From: Intoshia linei
Taxonomy: Eukaryota > Animalia > Orthonectida
Assembly: GCA_001642005.1 (NCBI GenBank)
Contig: LWCA01000253.1
Location: 1-36,668, forward strand
Direction: 5' to 3'
Length of the DNA stretch: 36,668 nucleotides
The notes under the pieces: model-generated
Seen by the model: the letters and a program-made list of their open reading frames with translations, nothing else
Told to the model about the DNA's origin: nothing
Databases searched by the model: none
Position numbers and translations under genes: made by a program
Shown: piece by piece, positions 1-11,600 of the stretch
Position numbering within the stretch: the first letter of the stretch is position 1
How the letters are laid out: each line of letters begins with the position of its first letter

Positions 1-450
1 CCTTTTAAAGTTTTGAGCGCAGCGATAAAAAATTTCGAGCAAATCGATAAAAAAAATTTAGGGCACCTTTTTTTAAAATTTATAAGAGAAAGTCAAAGAT
101 TTCCTAGTCTTTCTTTGAATATTCACTTAATAAAAAGGTTGTAATTTTAATATTATCATTTAAAACAGTTTTTATGTCAATATTATATGATGAACATTGT
201 AGAATATATTTTAAATTGAATATTTACCAGAACTTTGAATTCTTTAAACTATTTTCTTTTTAGCTATTTGAATTCAAACACTTCAAAACTTATAAACTGT
301 TTTTTACCATATAAATGGGAAGTATTTTTTAATAAATTGGGGGCCTCTTTTTAAGATATAAGTTTAAAGTACTTTTATTAATTTGGGGGCCTTTTTTAAT
401 GAGTGGTCCTGGACTACAGCCCATATTGCCCATACCTTAAAACGGCTCTG
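1..450. mobile_element. Right part of a hAT-type MITE (left end outside the window), inserted into a transposase relic
   Basis: Ends in ...ccttaaaacggctctg at 450 (reverse complement CAGAGCCGTTTTAAGG, a hAT-like terminus). It has subterminal ttgggggcc repeats. A transposase reading frame begins abruptly at 451. Confidence 0.55.
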
Positions 451-1152
451 CCTCCCATCCAGTTGCTACACGATGGGGAACTTGGTTAGCTGCTTCAAAT
501 TATTATGAAAAACATTTACCAACTGTAAAACGTATAGTTAACAAATTTGAAGGTGACGGTCTCGTAGTCAGACAAATCAAATGTGCAATATTCAAAGAAA
601 CATTACCATCAGAATTAAAAATTATATCAGGCTACAAAATGATACATAAATTAATAAAAAAATGTGAAGATTGCTCTTTTTCTATAATTAAAGCCTGGAA
701 AGCTATGAAAAATATTTATTTTGAAGAAGATCCGTGTAATATCAAATTATACATTATGAAACGCCTGGAAAACAATGACATTATAATTATTTGTGAATTG
801 AATAATGATATTTCTTCGTATATATATGAAATATTTGAAAATTGTCAATTAACTTCAGCTACCATGGAACGAAGCTTCTCTATGCTTAAAAAACTAATTG
901 CAAAAGATAAACATTTTAAAACCGATAATATTAAAAAATATATAGTTTTTCATTATAATTTAGCTACAAATTAAACTAATTAATATTATTTTTTTCAGTG
1001 AATTTTAATTAATTTGTCATAAATAGGATAGTTAGTATAATTATTTTCAATTGTTCCTCTTTGAATAAAAAATTTTTAAGTCCAAAAAATTAAAATATAT
1101 TTCTATTTGCTGCAAAAAGTCAGATTTATAGGCCCAAAAAAAACTTGCCCTA
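451..1152 (+). mobile_element. 3' part of a decayed hAT element with a C-terminal transposase fragment (frame open about 453-974)
   Basis: In frame with ORF 639-974, the upstream sequence reads PVATRWGTWLAASNYY (hAT TRW motif). TSATMERSFSMLK is the hAT C-terminal dimerisation motif (S..ERSFS). The terminus aaaacttgcccta ends at 1152 (TAGGGCAAG... TIR). Confidence 0.75.
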
Positions 1153-1156
1153 ATCA

Positions 1157-1533
1157 TCACATTGAAAATGACAAAATATGTTTTTATTATTTCATTTTTT
1201 CTGGAATTTATGCTATTTTGACAATTTTTAGGATTGGACTGTTTTTACTTTATTTTTTAAATATTAAAAAAATGTACCCTCGACAGCTAGGTCCTGTTTG
1301 TACGTAGTACATAACAGTCAACATAGTTATATTATAAAAAGCAAAGACATAGCAAACTACATTGCTAAACACCCACAATGTCAAAAAAGTAAAACTCTGA
1401 ATACTGTCCAAAATGTGAGGCCTATAATATCAACACGTATACGTGACCGGTACATGGTTGACTGTATAAGCTTTTTAGAGTATGAGGAAGTGAATCGTGG
1501 CTACAAATATATTTTGAATGTAAAATAATCTAG
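1157..1533 (+). mobile_element. Helitron-like non-autonomous repeat, copy A, followed by an integrase fragment
   Basis: Homology with 30454-30998 begins exactly at A|TC (tcacattgaaaatgacaaaat). The copies share the hairpin TGTACgtaGTACA (1299-1311). A CTAG|T lies at 1530-1533. Confidence 0.5.
1317..1528 (+). pseudogene. Fragment of a retroviral-type (rve) integrase, Ginger/Gypsy/Polinton-like
   Basis: Reads ...HPQCQK (eroded CxxC)...VRPIISTRIRDRYMVDCISFLEYEEVNRGYKYILNV. This matches the zinc-finger end and the first catalytic-Asp region (..D....GYKYIL.V.D) of rve integrases. It is truncated at both ends. Confidence 0.7.
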
Positions 1534-1713
1534 TTTCGTCTAGATTATGTTTTTTTGTTTGTACAGTTTCATTTTTTCAGGTAATACACTGAAAAAAATC
1601 GAATTTAAACGTTTAATTTTTTATTTTTATTTAAAATTAATGGCGAGTAAGAGAATTGGAGAGTTATAGAGAGACTACTGTATTTTCTATTTTATATAAT
1701 TTTTTTAATTAAT

Positions 1714-1790
1714 TAAGGATTGATAATAATGAATAGTAACATTTTTAATAAGATTTTATTATTGAATTTATTTTTTTGGTAGAATTAAAG
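1714..1790 (+). repeat. Internal fragment of the same Helitron-like repeat family
   Basis: aaggattgataataatgaatagtaacattttt...ttgaatttattttttggtagaattaaa aligns with about 30722-30798. Confidence 0.6.
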
Positions 1791-2644
1791 AAAATATTTG
1801 GCTATACTATATTATATATTTAGGTAGATTTTTGTCATCACCATATTTTATGTCATAATTCATGAAAGGGTTAATATGTACTTAATATTTCCTTTTGGTG
1901 TGACGATATGGTTACATTGGGAGAAAATTGATTAATTTATACATGTAAAATGTATAAAATTTAAAAATATTGATAAAACGAATAAAATGATATACAATAA
2001 TATATATATAATTTAATACAAAATGACAAAACATACGCTGAAATAGAGAAACTGTAAACAGTGATCAATTTTCAAAATTATAATTGTACGTAGTTACAAA
2101 GTTATCTAAACACGATATTAAAGAATGTATATAAAATAATTTGTAAAAAAAGTTTATAGACATATTTTTTTAAAAAAATAACTTTAATCCTGAACACATT
2201 ACTAAGGTAAAATTTAGTTATTTTTATTATATATTTTTTTCATTATATATATAAATATTTCATATATATACATTAATGTATAATGTTATTAATTTTTACG
2301 GCTGATATTTATGTATGTTTGTTTTTGCGATAAGATAAGATATTAAGAAAAGATTCGGCTCTCAAATATTTTTTATCAACTAAAATGTGTTTTTTGATAG
2401 ATACAATATAAAATAATTTAAGTACAATGTGATGGGATGATAATTTCCATTATAATAATAATATAGATTTTTGTAATTTAATAACTCATCATTTTGAATA
2501 AAATCACGCGACCCAAAAATATTTTTGACGACCCGCGCTTAAGAAATCCTGGTTTAGACCACTATTGTACAAATTTCAGTGAACATTGTACATTATTAGA
2601 CATATGATATAACATTAGTAATTTTTTGAGAGACTGATTTAGTC

Positions 2645-5600
2645 TTAAAATACTTGAAATTTTAAGTAGTACCCATGATTCTTAAAACAAATTCTGACCT
2701 GCCACAGGAAATAGGCGAGTGAGCCTGATTTATATATAAATATTATAAAAGTAAATAAAAAATACTAGAAGTAGTGGAATATTTGCTGTTATAAATTTTG
2801 AATTTATCAGAAACAATTTTAATTTCCATATCATCCATTTTTTCTGTTCTCTTTAGACGAAAATTTAAATATCCTGTTACTTGACCACTACTATTGTTGA
2901 CGTTTTTGACGACAAATGAAAAGGAAATTTTATTCATCAATAAATTTTCAAGTTGATTAACGAAATAGAGTGAGTTTTCTTTTTTTTCTGACCTGTACAT
3001 GAAAATGAATACAATGTATTAATTATAATAATAAAAAAATAATTACAATATCCAACTTTCATCACAAGGTTTTTCCGATTCAAACTCACGAGAGGTGTCA
3101 ATTTGTATATTGAGATAATTAAAATTGACTGTTGATTCAATATCGTTTAATTTTATATTGACATAAAAGGTTTGGATACCTTCAATTGAAGTTGTGGATA
3201 AACTAAAGTCTACTGGTGGTTTAATATCTTCCTGGGGAAGTTTGAAAGACATTACCGCCAATTTATGTATCCTTGATATATGATATTCCTGGATCATTTC
3301 CTTAATAACCTCAACATTGAATCTGTAAATTCTACGTTCGTTTAAAATTTCTAATCTAAATGAATAGTAATTCCTTAAAACATGACAAATACCTCTTGAA
3401 AATTTTTGTATTTGCCAATTTAACATTCATTTTAGTTTTATTTAAAATAGTCAGTGATATATCCGAATCTTTATTGTTCATAAGATACGTCATTGCAGAT
3501 TGAGAAAAATAAACATAACATGAACGGATTATTTTTTCTCTATGTTATTTATTATAATTAATTATACATATATTGTAGATATAGATCAGGGGTGTCAATT
3601 TGCGTCCCACTATATAATATAAATTTTTATTTTTACAAGAAAATTTTTTACATATACATTTTACTGTTTACATGTTTAATATTTCTTTTTTTACAGTTTT
3701 TTATATATTGTTCATGATTCATTTAATAATTTCAACATTAGTTGATATACTTATTCCATTATTATTGTTTAGTATTTCATTTTATTATATTAAATAAAAT
3801 TATATTATTAAAATTATTATTAAATTATTAATATTTATCATTAACATTATAATAAATAATTCAAACTGTTAGCTAATTACTAATTATAAATTAATTACTG
3901 TTAGTTGATGGTTTTTGTAAAAAATTTTTTTGTTGTACGGTCACGTAATAATTTTTTCACATTTCAAGCAAATTGAGTCTGACACCCCTGATATAGATGT
4001 CCAAACTTATATAAAACTCTTTGTATGTGTGTCGGTATGTGTTATCGTTACCCATATTTTTGTATTTCTATATTATATTCTATATCGATAATTCCCACTT
4101 TTTTTGAAATAGTAGGATGAATATTTAAATTTTCATATTTAATTGGAAAGATATTGGTTGATAATATACATATAATATAATGCAATTTTTGATCAGGAAT
4201 CCGTAAATATCTGTAGTTTAAATTTTTGCTCCACGTTAGCTTATATAAACGGATCACAATAATTTTTTTTTATTTTTTTCTAGGAATTTTTTTAATTTTT
4301 AAAATAAGGATAATATATGGTTTTACCATGAAGATGCAAGTTTCTGAGGTTGAGATTTATAAAAAATATTAATGATGTTAGAATGCGTCCCAAAATTAAT
4401 TTTTTTTAAATTTTAGGACTGATTTTATATTAAAAAAAAGGTCATTTGGGTTTTAACCCTGAATAACTCAATTTATGAAAATGAAATTTGAGGTGAAACA
4501 TCATTTTCGAAAAACTGTATTAAAAATTTGATTTTTTTAAATAATAGGATATTAATTTTAAGTTTGAATTAAACTGTAACACACACAGACATGAAATTTA
4601 AATAAGTACAGGATAATACAGAATAGATGAGTCAATTAGCCTATATATTTATATTAATAAAAATTACATTTTATTTGAATCCCTTTTATCGGCTGTATAA
4701 ATATCCGAACATGATAATGATAAATTCTTTTCTAATAGTTAGAATTTAAATAATAAAATAATGAGTGTTATTAAACATGAATAGATAAGACAAGTAAAGT
4801 CCAATAAACTTTGTAATAAAGTGAATTGTTTTTGAAAATAAGAAGGAAATGGAAACATGATTAATGATCATTGATCATATCAACATTATATATAAAGTGA
4901 TTAATTATAATTGAAAAAAATGACCAACTTTCTTATTTTAGTTTAGTTTCTTCAAACAATAAAATTTTTAGTTACTTTGCCTCATTATAGTGATATTTTC
5001 AATTAATATTGGTACCTCCGTTGTCTTCAAAATGAAAATCGTTGAGTATACTATTAAAAGAATTTTCTACATCTGAAACTGATGCTATTTGGTTGTGAAT
5101 GTCAATTTGCTCACCCATCTTTTTTTTTCTAAGTGGTTTCGATTTCTTCAACCCACGTCCAACATGTTTTACGATATATTTAATATGCTTATTTTCTCCT
5201 CCCCGTCTAATGAATATATAAATATAAACATTATTAAATTACGTTGGTTTGTTAGGAAAATTAACTGAATCATCAGAATATTCGTCTAAATTATAATTAT
5301 ATTAAAATTAATATAATATATTTATTATTATGTATTCTATATGTATATGAAAACTTGCCAAAACTAATTTCTGTTCCTATATCCTTTTCTCCGTCTGAAA
5401 TAAATAAAACTACAAATTTAGCATAAAATTACTTGTTTCTTCGTGATTTGTGTCAATTTGATCAGTCGCAATAGTATTATCTAATAAAATAAAAATTAAC
5501 TTACATTTCTTTTACAGGGTTTAATGTTAACTATGAGATATTAATAAAAAAAATTAAATTGGTAAAATATATTCATCGTACTAAAACTGATGATATCAAG

Positions 5601-8600
5601 AACTAAAATCAAATTTACCATCAAAAATGTCTGTCGAATTATCGTCAATAAAGTCTAAAATATTTATAATTAAATATTTTCACAAACTATTATACCTGGT
5701 TCCTTTAATTGTAAATTATTTTCTAGTGTGCTAAAATAATACATTGTTTACGTCAAAATTAAACTGGGTAATGCGAAACATTTTACGAAATGTGAATATT
5801 CAAAAAAACAAGACATTTTAGAAAAAAGCTGAGGTGCATTGAACAACAAAATAGGTCCTATGTGATTTTTATAAAATTCTATACTCGTTCATTTTTATTA
5901 ACTTAGAAAATACTGATAATACTCTATTTTGACGTACTATTTATCATATAATCATGAATTTATCATGAGAAACTTGTAAAATTTAATTAACTCCGATATT
6001 AGTTAGAAAATGGACATGTCTACTACACGTTGTATGCGACAGTTTATTTGACCCGCTAGAAGAAATAATATGGTGGCCACTGCTATGGAATTAGTATAAT
6101 GAGGATGGATTATTTTTGTGTATTCATTCCAGGATGTGAAACCTAAATGTACTGGTTTTAATTTGAATTATTACTCTATACAAAATTTTTCCAAATTACA
6201 AATGGACACATTGCCTTATACGTGGACCGTTAAATTTAAATGAAAAACTAATATAATGATTTGATTATCTGAATAAGCTTGCAATCCGTAATAGTGTATC
6301 TCTTATTTCACTATCAACTCAATATCCACACGAGGTTATATATGTAGTCATATAATAATGTACCTTTCTTCTTCAAATTCATCTATGAGTAAACTATTTC
6401 TCGAGAAACTAGCTTGCTTTGTTTCAAATTGTTGTTTTAAAAAACCAACTGATACTAAATCTAATAAAATGAAATAAATATAATACAAAGTAAATTCTAT
6501 TGTATTTGTGTTTTATACATATTATTTGTCAGTTCAAATGAATACTTATATAAAATTAACTTATCCCAGTTTAAACCTAAAAAATGTCAAATTAATTTTT
6601 GGAATAAACACTCCTCGACAAAATGTTATAACACCCTTAAAAAATCATTTTGTGGGTAAAAATTTAAAATTGTTTTTAATTCATTTAAAGCATGGGGTCC
6701 CAGGGTATGTACAACTATATAAATATAATTTATTGCAACTATTCATCTCTAGTTAGCCTATAATATATATTTTCATTATCGACAAAAGCGAAAAAAGTGC
6801 TCTAAGAGATTACATTTTAGGTTTTAAATAATACTAAAACTAAATTTTTTAATTAAAAAAAATATTTAATTTATAATGACACGCAGATTATACAAATTTT
6901 GATAAATATGTTTAAAGAAAAATACTTAAATGAACGCGACAAAAGTTTAATTGATATTATTGTCAATGAAAAGCATATCCAGTTAAAAATAGCAATAAGA
7001 TCAGAAAAAAGTCGAAAGTGTATACAAATGTATCTTTTATCATTTATCGAAAAAATAAAATGGTAAAATTGGACGTCCAAAGAAGTTAAGTCTATCTGTA
7101 AAAAGACTTCATAGTATTAAGAAAGGCATCAAATTTCTGTATTTCTGACAGTTAATAAAATATAATGTTCTTTCAATTAAGTTTCTCAGCTGATAATATA
7201 GCGAGAATAGTGTTTCTCACCGAATATTCAAAGAAGAGTTATGATAAAAGGTCAATCCCTAACAAAACTCAATATAGTATAAAGGGCAGTTTTTGGTCGT
7301 ACATACTTGTGGATTAATTGGGATCAAATGAGCTTTTCCAATGAAAAATTATTCAACCTAGATCAGTGGTTTTCAACCTTTTTGTGTTCGCGTCCCCTTA
7401 TAAATATAAAAAATTTTCAAATACTTCAAACATCATATCAATTCACATAAATAAAATTATTTAAAAAGCATATTGAGTTTTATTTATATTTTATACTGTG
7501 CTCACTGAGCACTGCTCAGTACAATGTATTATTATAATAACTTATTTAATAATAAATTTATTTTCTTCGTGTGAAATTTGAGGTTGTATTTTAGCGACAA
7601 TTATTGATATATTGGGCAGTGTATGCAATAAGGCGAGCCTCATATCACCCTTAACATTCAATCTGTTAATTGACTTTGTTTTTAAATGAACACGCGTATA
7701 AAATCCTGCTTCATACAGATAAGTCGACGGAAAAAATACATTTTGATATAAATCAATCATATCACATCAAAAAGTACTTAGTGGTTTTTCATAAAAAATA
7801 TTACGTGCAGTGGAATCATTTATTAAATGTATTACTTCATCCTGTATTTTATCGGAAATAGTATATATAATATATATTGAGTGAAAAAGAACATTTTAAA
7901 TTGTAATACAGAATGTTAAAATATTCCCATAAAATTATTACTGTCAATATTATATTAAAAAAAATAAATATTTTCATAAAATTTTCAAATTTTCACGACC
8001 CCCCGATTGAAAACTACTGACCTAGATAGACCTAATGGTTATTCCTACTATTTCCACAATATAAGGAAATATTAATTATCCAAGTTGAGACGACAATGTA
8101 TTTCACTTTTATAATAACAAAACAATATTAAATTGTACTTTGAATTTCAACACCAATAATAATTATTAATTGTTTACTTGATTAATTATTATTTTTTAAA
8201 AATAATAAAGTATTTTCATTTTTTTTCTGATTTTAATGAATTAAAACGCAGAAACTAATAATACAAAAAAACTACACTCATTTGTCACGAATCTGCGTCA
8301 CATTTTACATATCGTCATACAATTTTTATAAAAATTAATCGATTAGAATAAACACAGTTCAATTTTTTAGCTCGGCTTCTAGAGAGTTCATATTACTTTT
8401 TTTCATTAAAATTTATTTAAAACGTAAATAACTGAATTTCATAATGAAACACTCAAATTTTTGATAATTATAAATTTTGGAATTTTTATATTTGACAAAT
8501 ATTACAAAAACCCCCTTTTATGGAAAAAAACGCCCTGTGATGTTAAATATTTGATTTTTTCACTCCAAATGTGGTATATGTCTTAGTGAGTCGTACGTTA

Positions 8601-11600
8601 ATCGTATCCATGTTTAAAATAAAATCATTAGCGCCAATTAAAAAAGGGGGAAACCGCTTAATGTTTTTACGGTCAATTTTTCTAATAATATATTTTTTTA
8701 GGGGTTTTTAAGTACCCTCTTCAGTGTGGTATAGGGTATTTTCAACAAAAATCAATTTTTGTAAACAACGAACAGCCCTAATACATTTGTATATATTTGT
8801 GATAATATATATTCAGTACTAATTCAATAAATATTTAAAAATACCAATTGAAGCATTAAAAGTAAAATATTTCCGCTTCTGATGTACTGACAAAAATATT
8901 TGAAAAAATTGTATAAACTACTTATTTAACATAATAATTTACCATCTAAATTATCACTATCGCCATCTGTAAGCGTATCATTAAGCACATTTGGTCTATC
9001 CTCATCACAAAATTGCCATTCCTCATTTTCTACATTCAATATTAAATTAAAAGTATGCAATATACCGCATATTTAAAAGATTAAGTTTAATTTAATTACT
9101 ATTTCTCATATAAGTTTCGTAACTTTCAAACAATGCAAATTCTAAAAAATATAATTCATTAATATTATTTATATTTATATATTAAAATTTTATATAATTA
9201 TGTTATTTTATATGATAAATAAGATATTTATACTACAATGAAGTTTTCCATTTGTTTTCATCACAGGTTTCTGTAATGGTTATTTTTAATTTTCTCATAA
9301 AAAAACAAGAAACCATCAGATATATCATTTCATTTGTGTGACGTTTCAACATGAAATATTCAAACGTTACATACAGGTATATAGGTCGTGAATGTTAATT
9401 AAAAAATAGAAATACACCATACATTATTAATTATACTCAAAAACACTATTTGATTTGGTTTTTTTATTTTTTCTGTAAACATTAATCCAAAAACCTTTTT
9501 TACCGTCACATCAAATATATTCCGGAATTAAACGACAAAAAAGTTAAACGATTAGAAATTAGCATTTTGTTAAAATATTCACATAATTGTATTTATTTAA
9601 AAAATTTTATGGGGATGGTCGACTATCAAAAAACTATAATTGTATTAATTATAAATGAAATATAAAAAATACTGTCTTCTTTCATTCCAGTGCTATTTTT
9701 TTGTGCAAATTCAATCATCATATCATTATAATTAATGTTTACCAAATTTTTATTGTTTTCTTGTACAATCTAATTTAGTTGAAATTTTTCATTTTTAAAA
9801 TATACTTTCATATACATGTTTCCAAAATTGTAGGAATATTTCCCCTTCATTTGCAAAAATGTGTATATTGTTTGAATGAATCCAATTTTGGTATCGTAAA
9901 ATATCTACATTAAAACATTCGTTTATTGACATTTTTAATTGAGATGGTCACTTTTATAAATATTTTTTACGTTTTTGGGTAAACTTTTAACTTTTTAACT
10001 AAAAAGTGGTAACTAAAAAGTCTATTTGAAAGCAAAATTTGCTACTAATCTTCAATTCAACTAAGAAGAGGTCAAGTGATACACCTGATCCTGGGGTCTA
10101 TAAAATCCAGGTGGGTCCAGAAAAATATTATATCTATTCTTTATATTGAAAAATTTTAGATGAAATATAATACATTCAATTATTATTATTATACTGTATT
10201 CTCTTTAATTTTCCTAAATACTATAAGTTTACTATATACATACAATGTACATACTATGTACCATATACAGTGTTTCTTAAACTGTCTACAGATTTTTACT
10301 ATTTATTTATATTTGTAAATCAGGGATCGGCAACCTTTTGCATCTCGTGGGCCACTTTTTTTTTTATCAAAATATTTTACGGGTCCCGTTTTTGAAAATT
10401 TACACATGATAAATTTCAATTTTAACTGAAGGGAAACGGTTCTAGTATATTCAACAAAATAATATCCCGGACGATATGAAAATTCAGCGCTAAAATGATG
10501 ATAATGAGCCAATTATGGTAGAAAAGTGTTTAAAAGTTGAAAAATTTAAAATTAAATAATGTAAATATTTACTCAAAGGGCTATCAATATTATTCTGTGG
10601 GCCACTGGTTGCCGTCAAGTATTCCAATTTTATAAAATGACGCGGAAATATTAATTTTATATTTGTTACAAATTTTTAAAACATTTTACTATAAAAATAG
10701 TTTAATGTAAATTTTTTAGAGAAAAATATCAATGTTGAGTGGCCGGGTTCAAACTCAACCAATTTGAATAATTTTTTAAGGAAACTGATCACCATGACCA
10801 ATAATCCTGATGGTGTAAATACTTTTTGATTTTTGAATAGATCAGTGATCAGTGATCAGTCTAGTTTTCATATATAATATCTCTGACATAGACTGTTGAC
10901 TTTTATTTAAAAACTAACATCCGTAGAATTTAAAAAAAAAATCGAAATTAAATTCAATTTTTTCCTGTGAATGTTTTATCATTTAAAGTAATTCAATGTA
11001 ATTTTCAGAAATTTGCATCTTCACGGTCAAAAACACAAATAACCACTTTATTTTTAATATTTTGTAAATTATATCTGACATTGATGCGAAAAAATATTGA
11101 ATATTTTATTTGAACCTTTTTTATAACCATCCCTCCATAATTAAACAAAAAATTACATATTTTTAGATTTATAAATTTACTAACAATAAATTTTTAGTAA
11201 GTATTTTTCAATTTTTTTCAAGAATCGACCCATAATACCAATAATTTTTGTATAAAAAATGTAATATTTGGGTATGTTATATTAGATAAGACATTTAGGA
11301 AATGATTTTAATACAGGCTAATTCCTCGTTAACCGAATATATGGTTCTGAAAAAAATCTTATTCCGTTAACGAGGAATTTTATTGGAAAAACATTTTCGT
11401 TAACGGAATTTTTTATAAATAATGATATAAATAATAATTTGATACCTGCAGTGTTAATAATAAAAATAATACTAAACGCTTACCTCGATAGTGTATTTGT
11501 TATCCGACAAATGATATTTTATAAATTGATTGTATTCATTTATAGCAGCTTGATAATCATTTTCTAAATTAAGGTTGCACAACAAAAAATAGTGAATATA

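Noticed and set aside
1850-2560. Isolated termini: piggyBac-like gaaaggg|ttaa at 1870 and hAT-like ttaagaaatcctg at 2551
   Set aside because: No partner end or TSD was found, so element boundaries cannot be supported.
2743-4257. ORFs 2743-3000, 3043-3426 and 4048-4257 as independent genes
   Set aside because: They are phase-compatible exons of the FCHo C-terminal domain, and their listed starts lie in introns or other frames.
7240-7320. IKGQSLTKLNIV*RAVFG resembling a PIF1/Helitron helicase motif
   Set aside because: Too short and degenerate, with no other helicase motifs nearby.
10303-10512. ORF 10303-10512
   Set aside because: It lies within a degenerate MITE in an FCHo intron and has no protein features.
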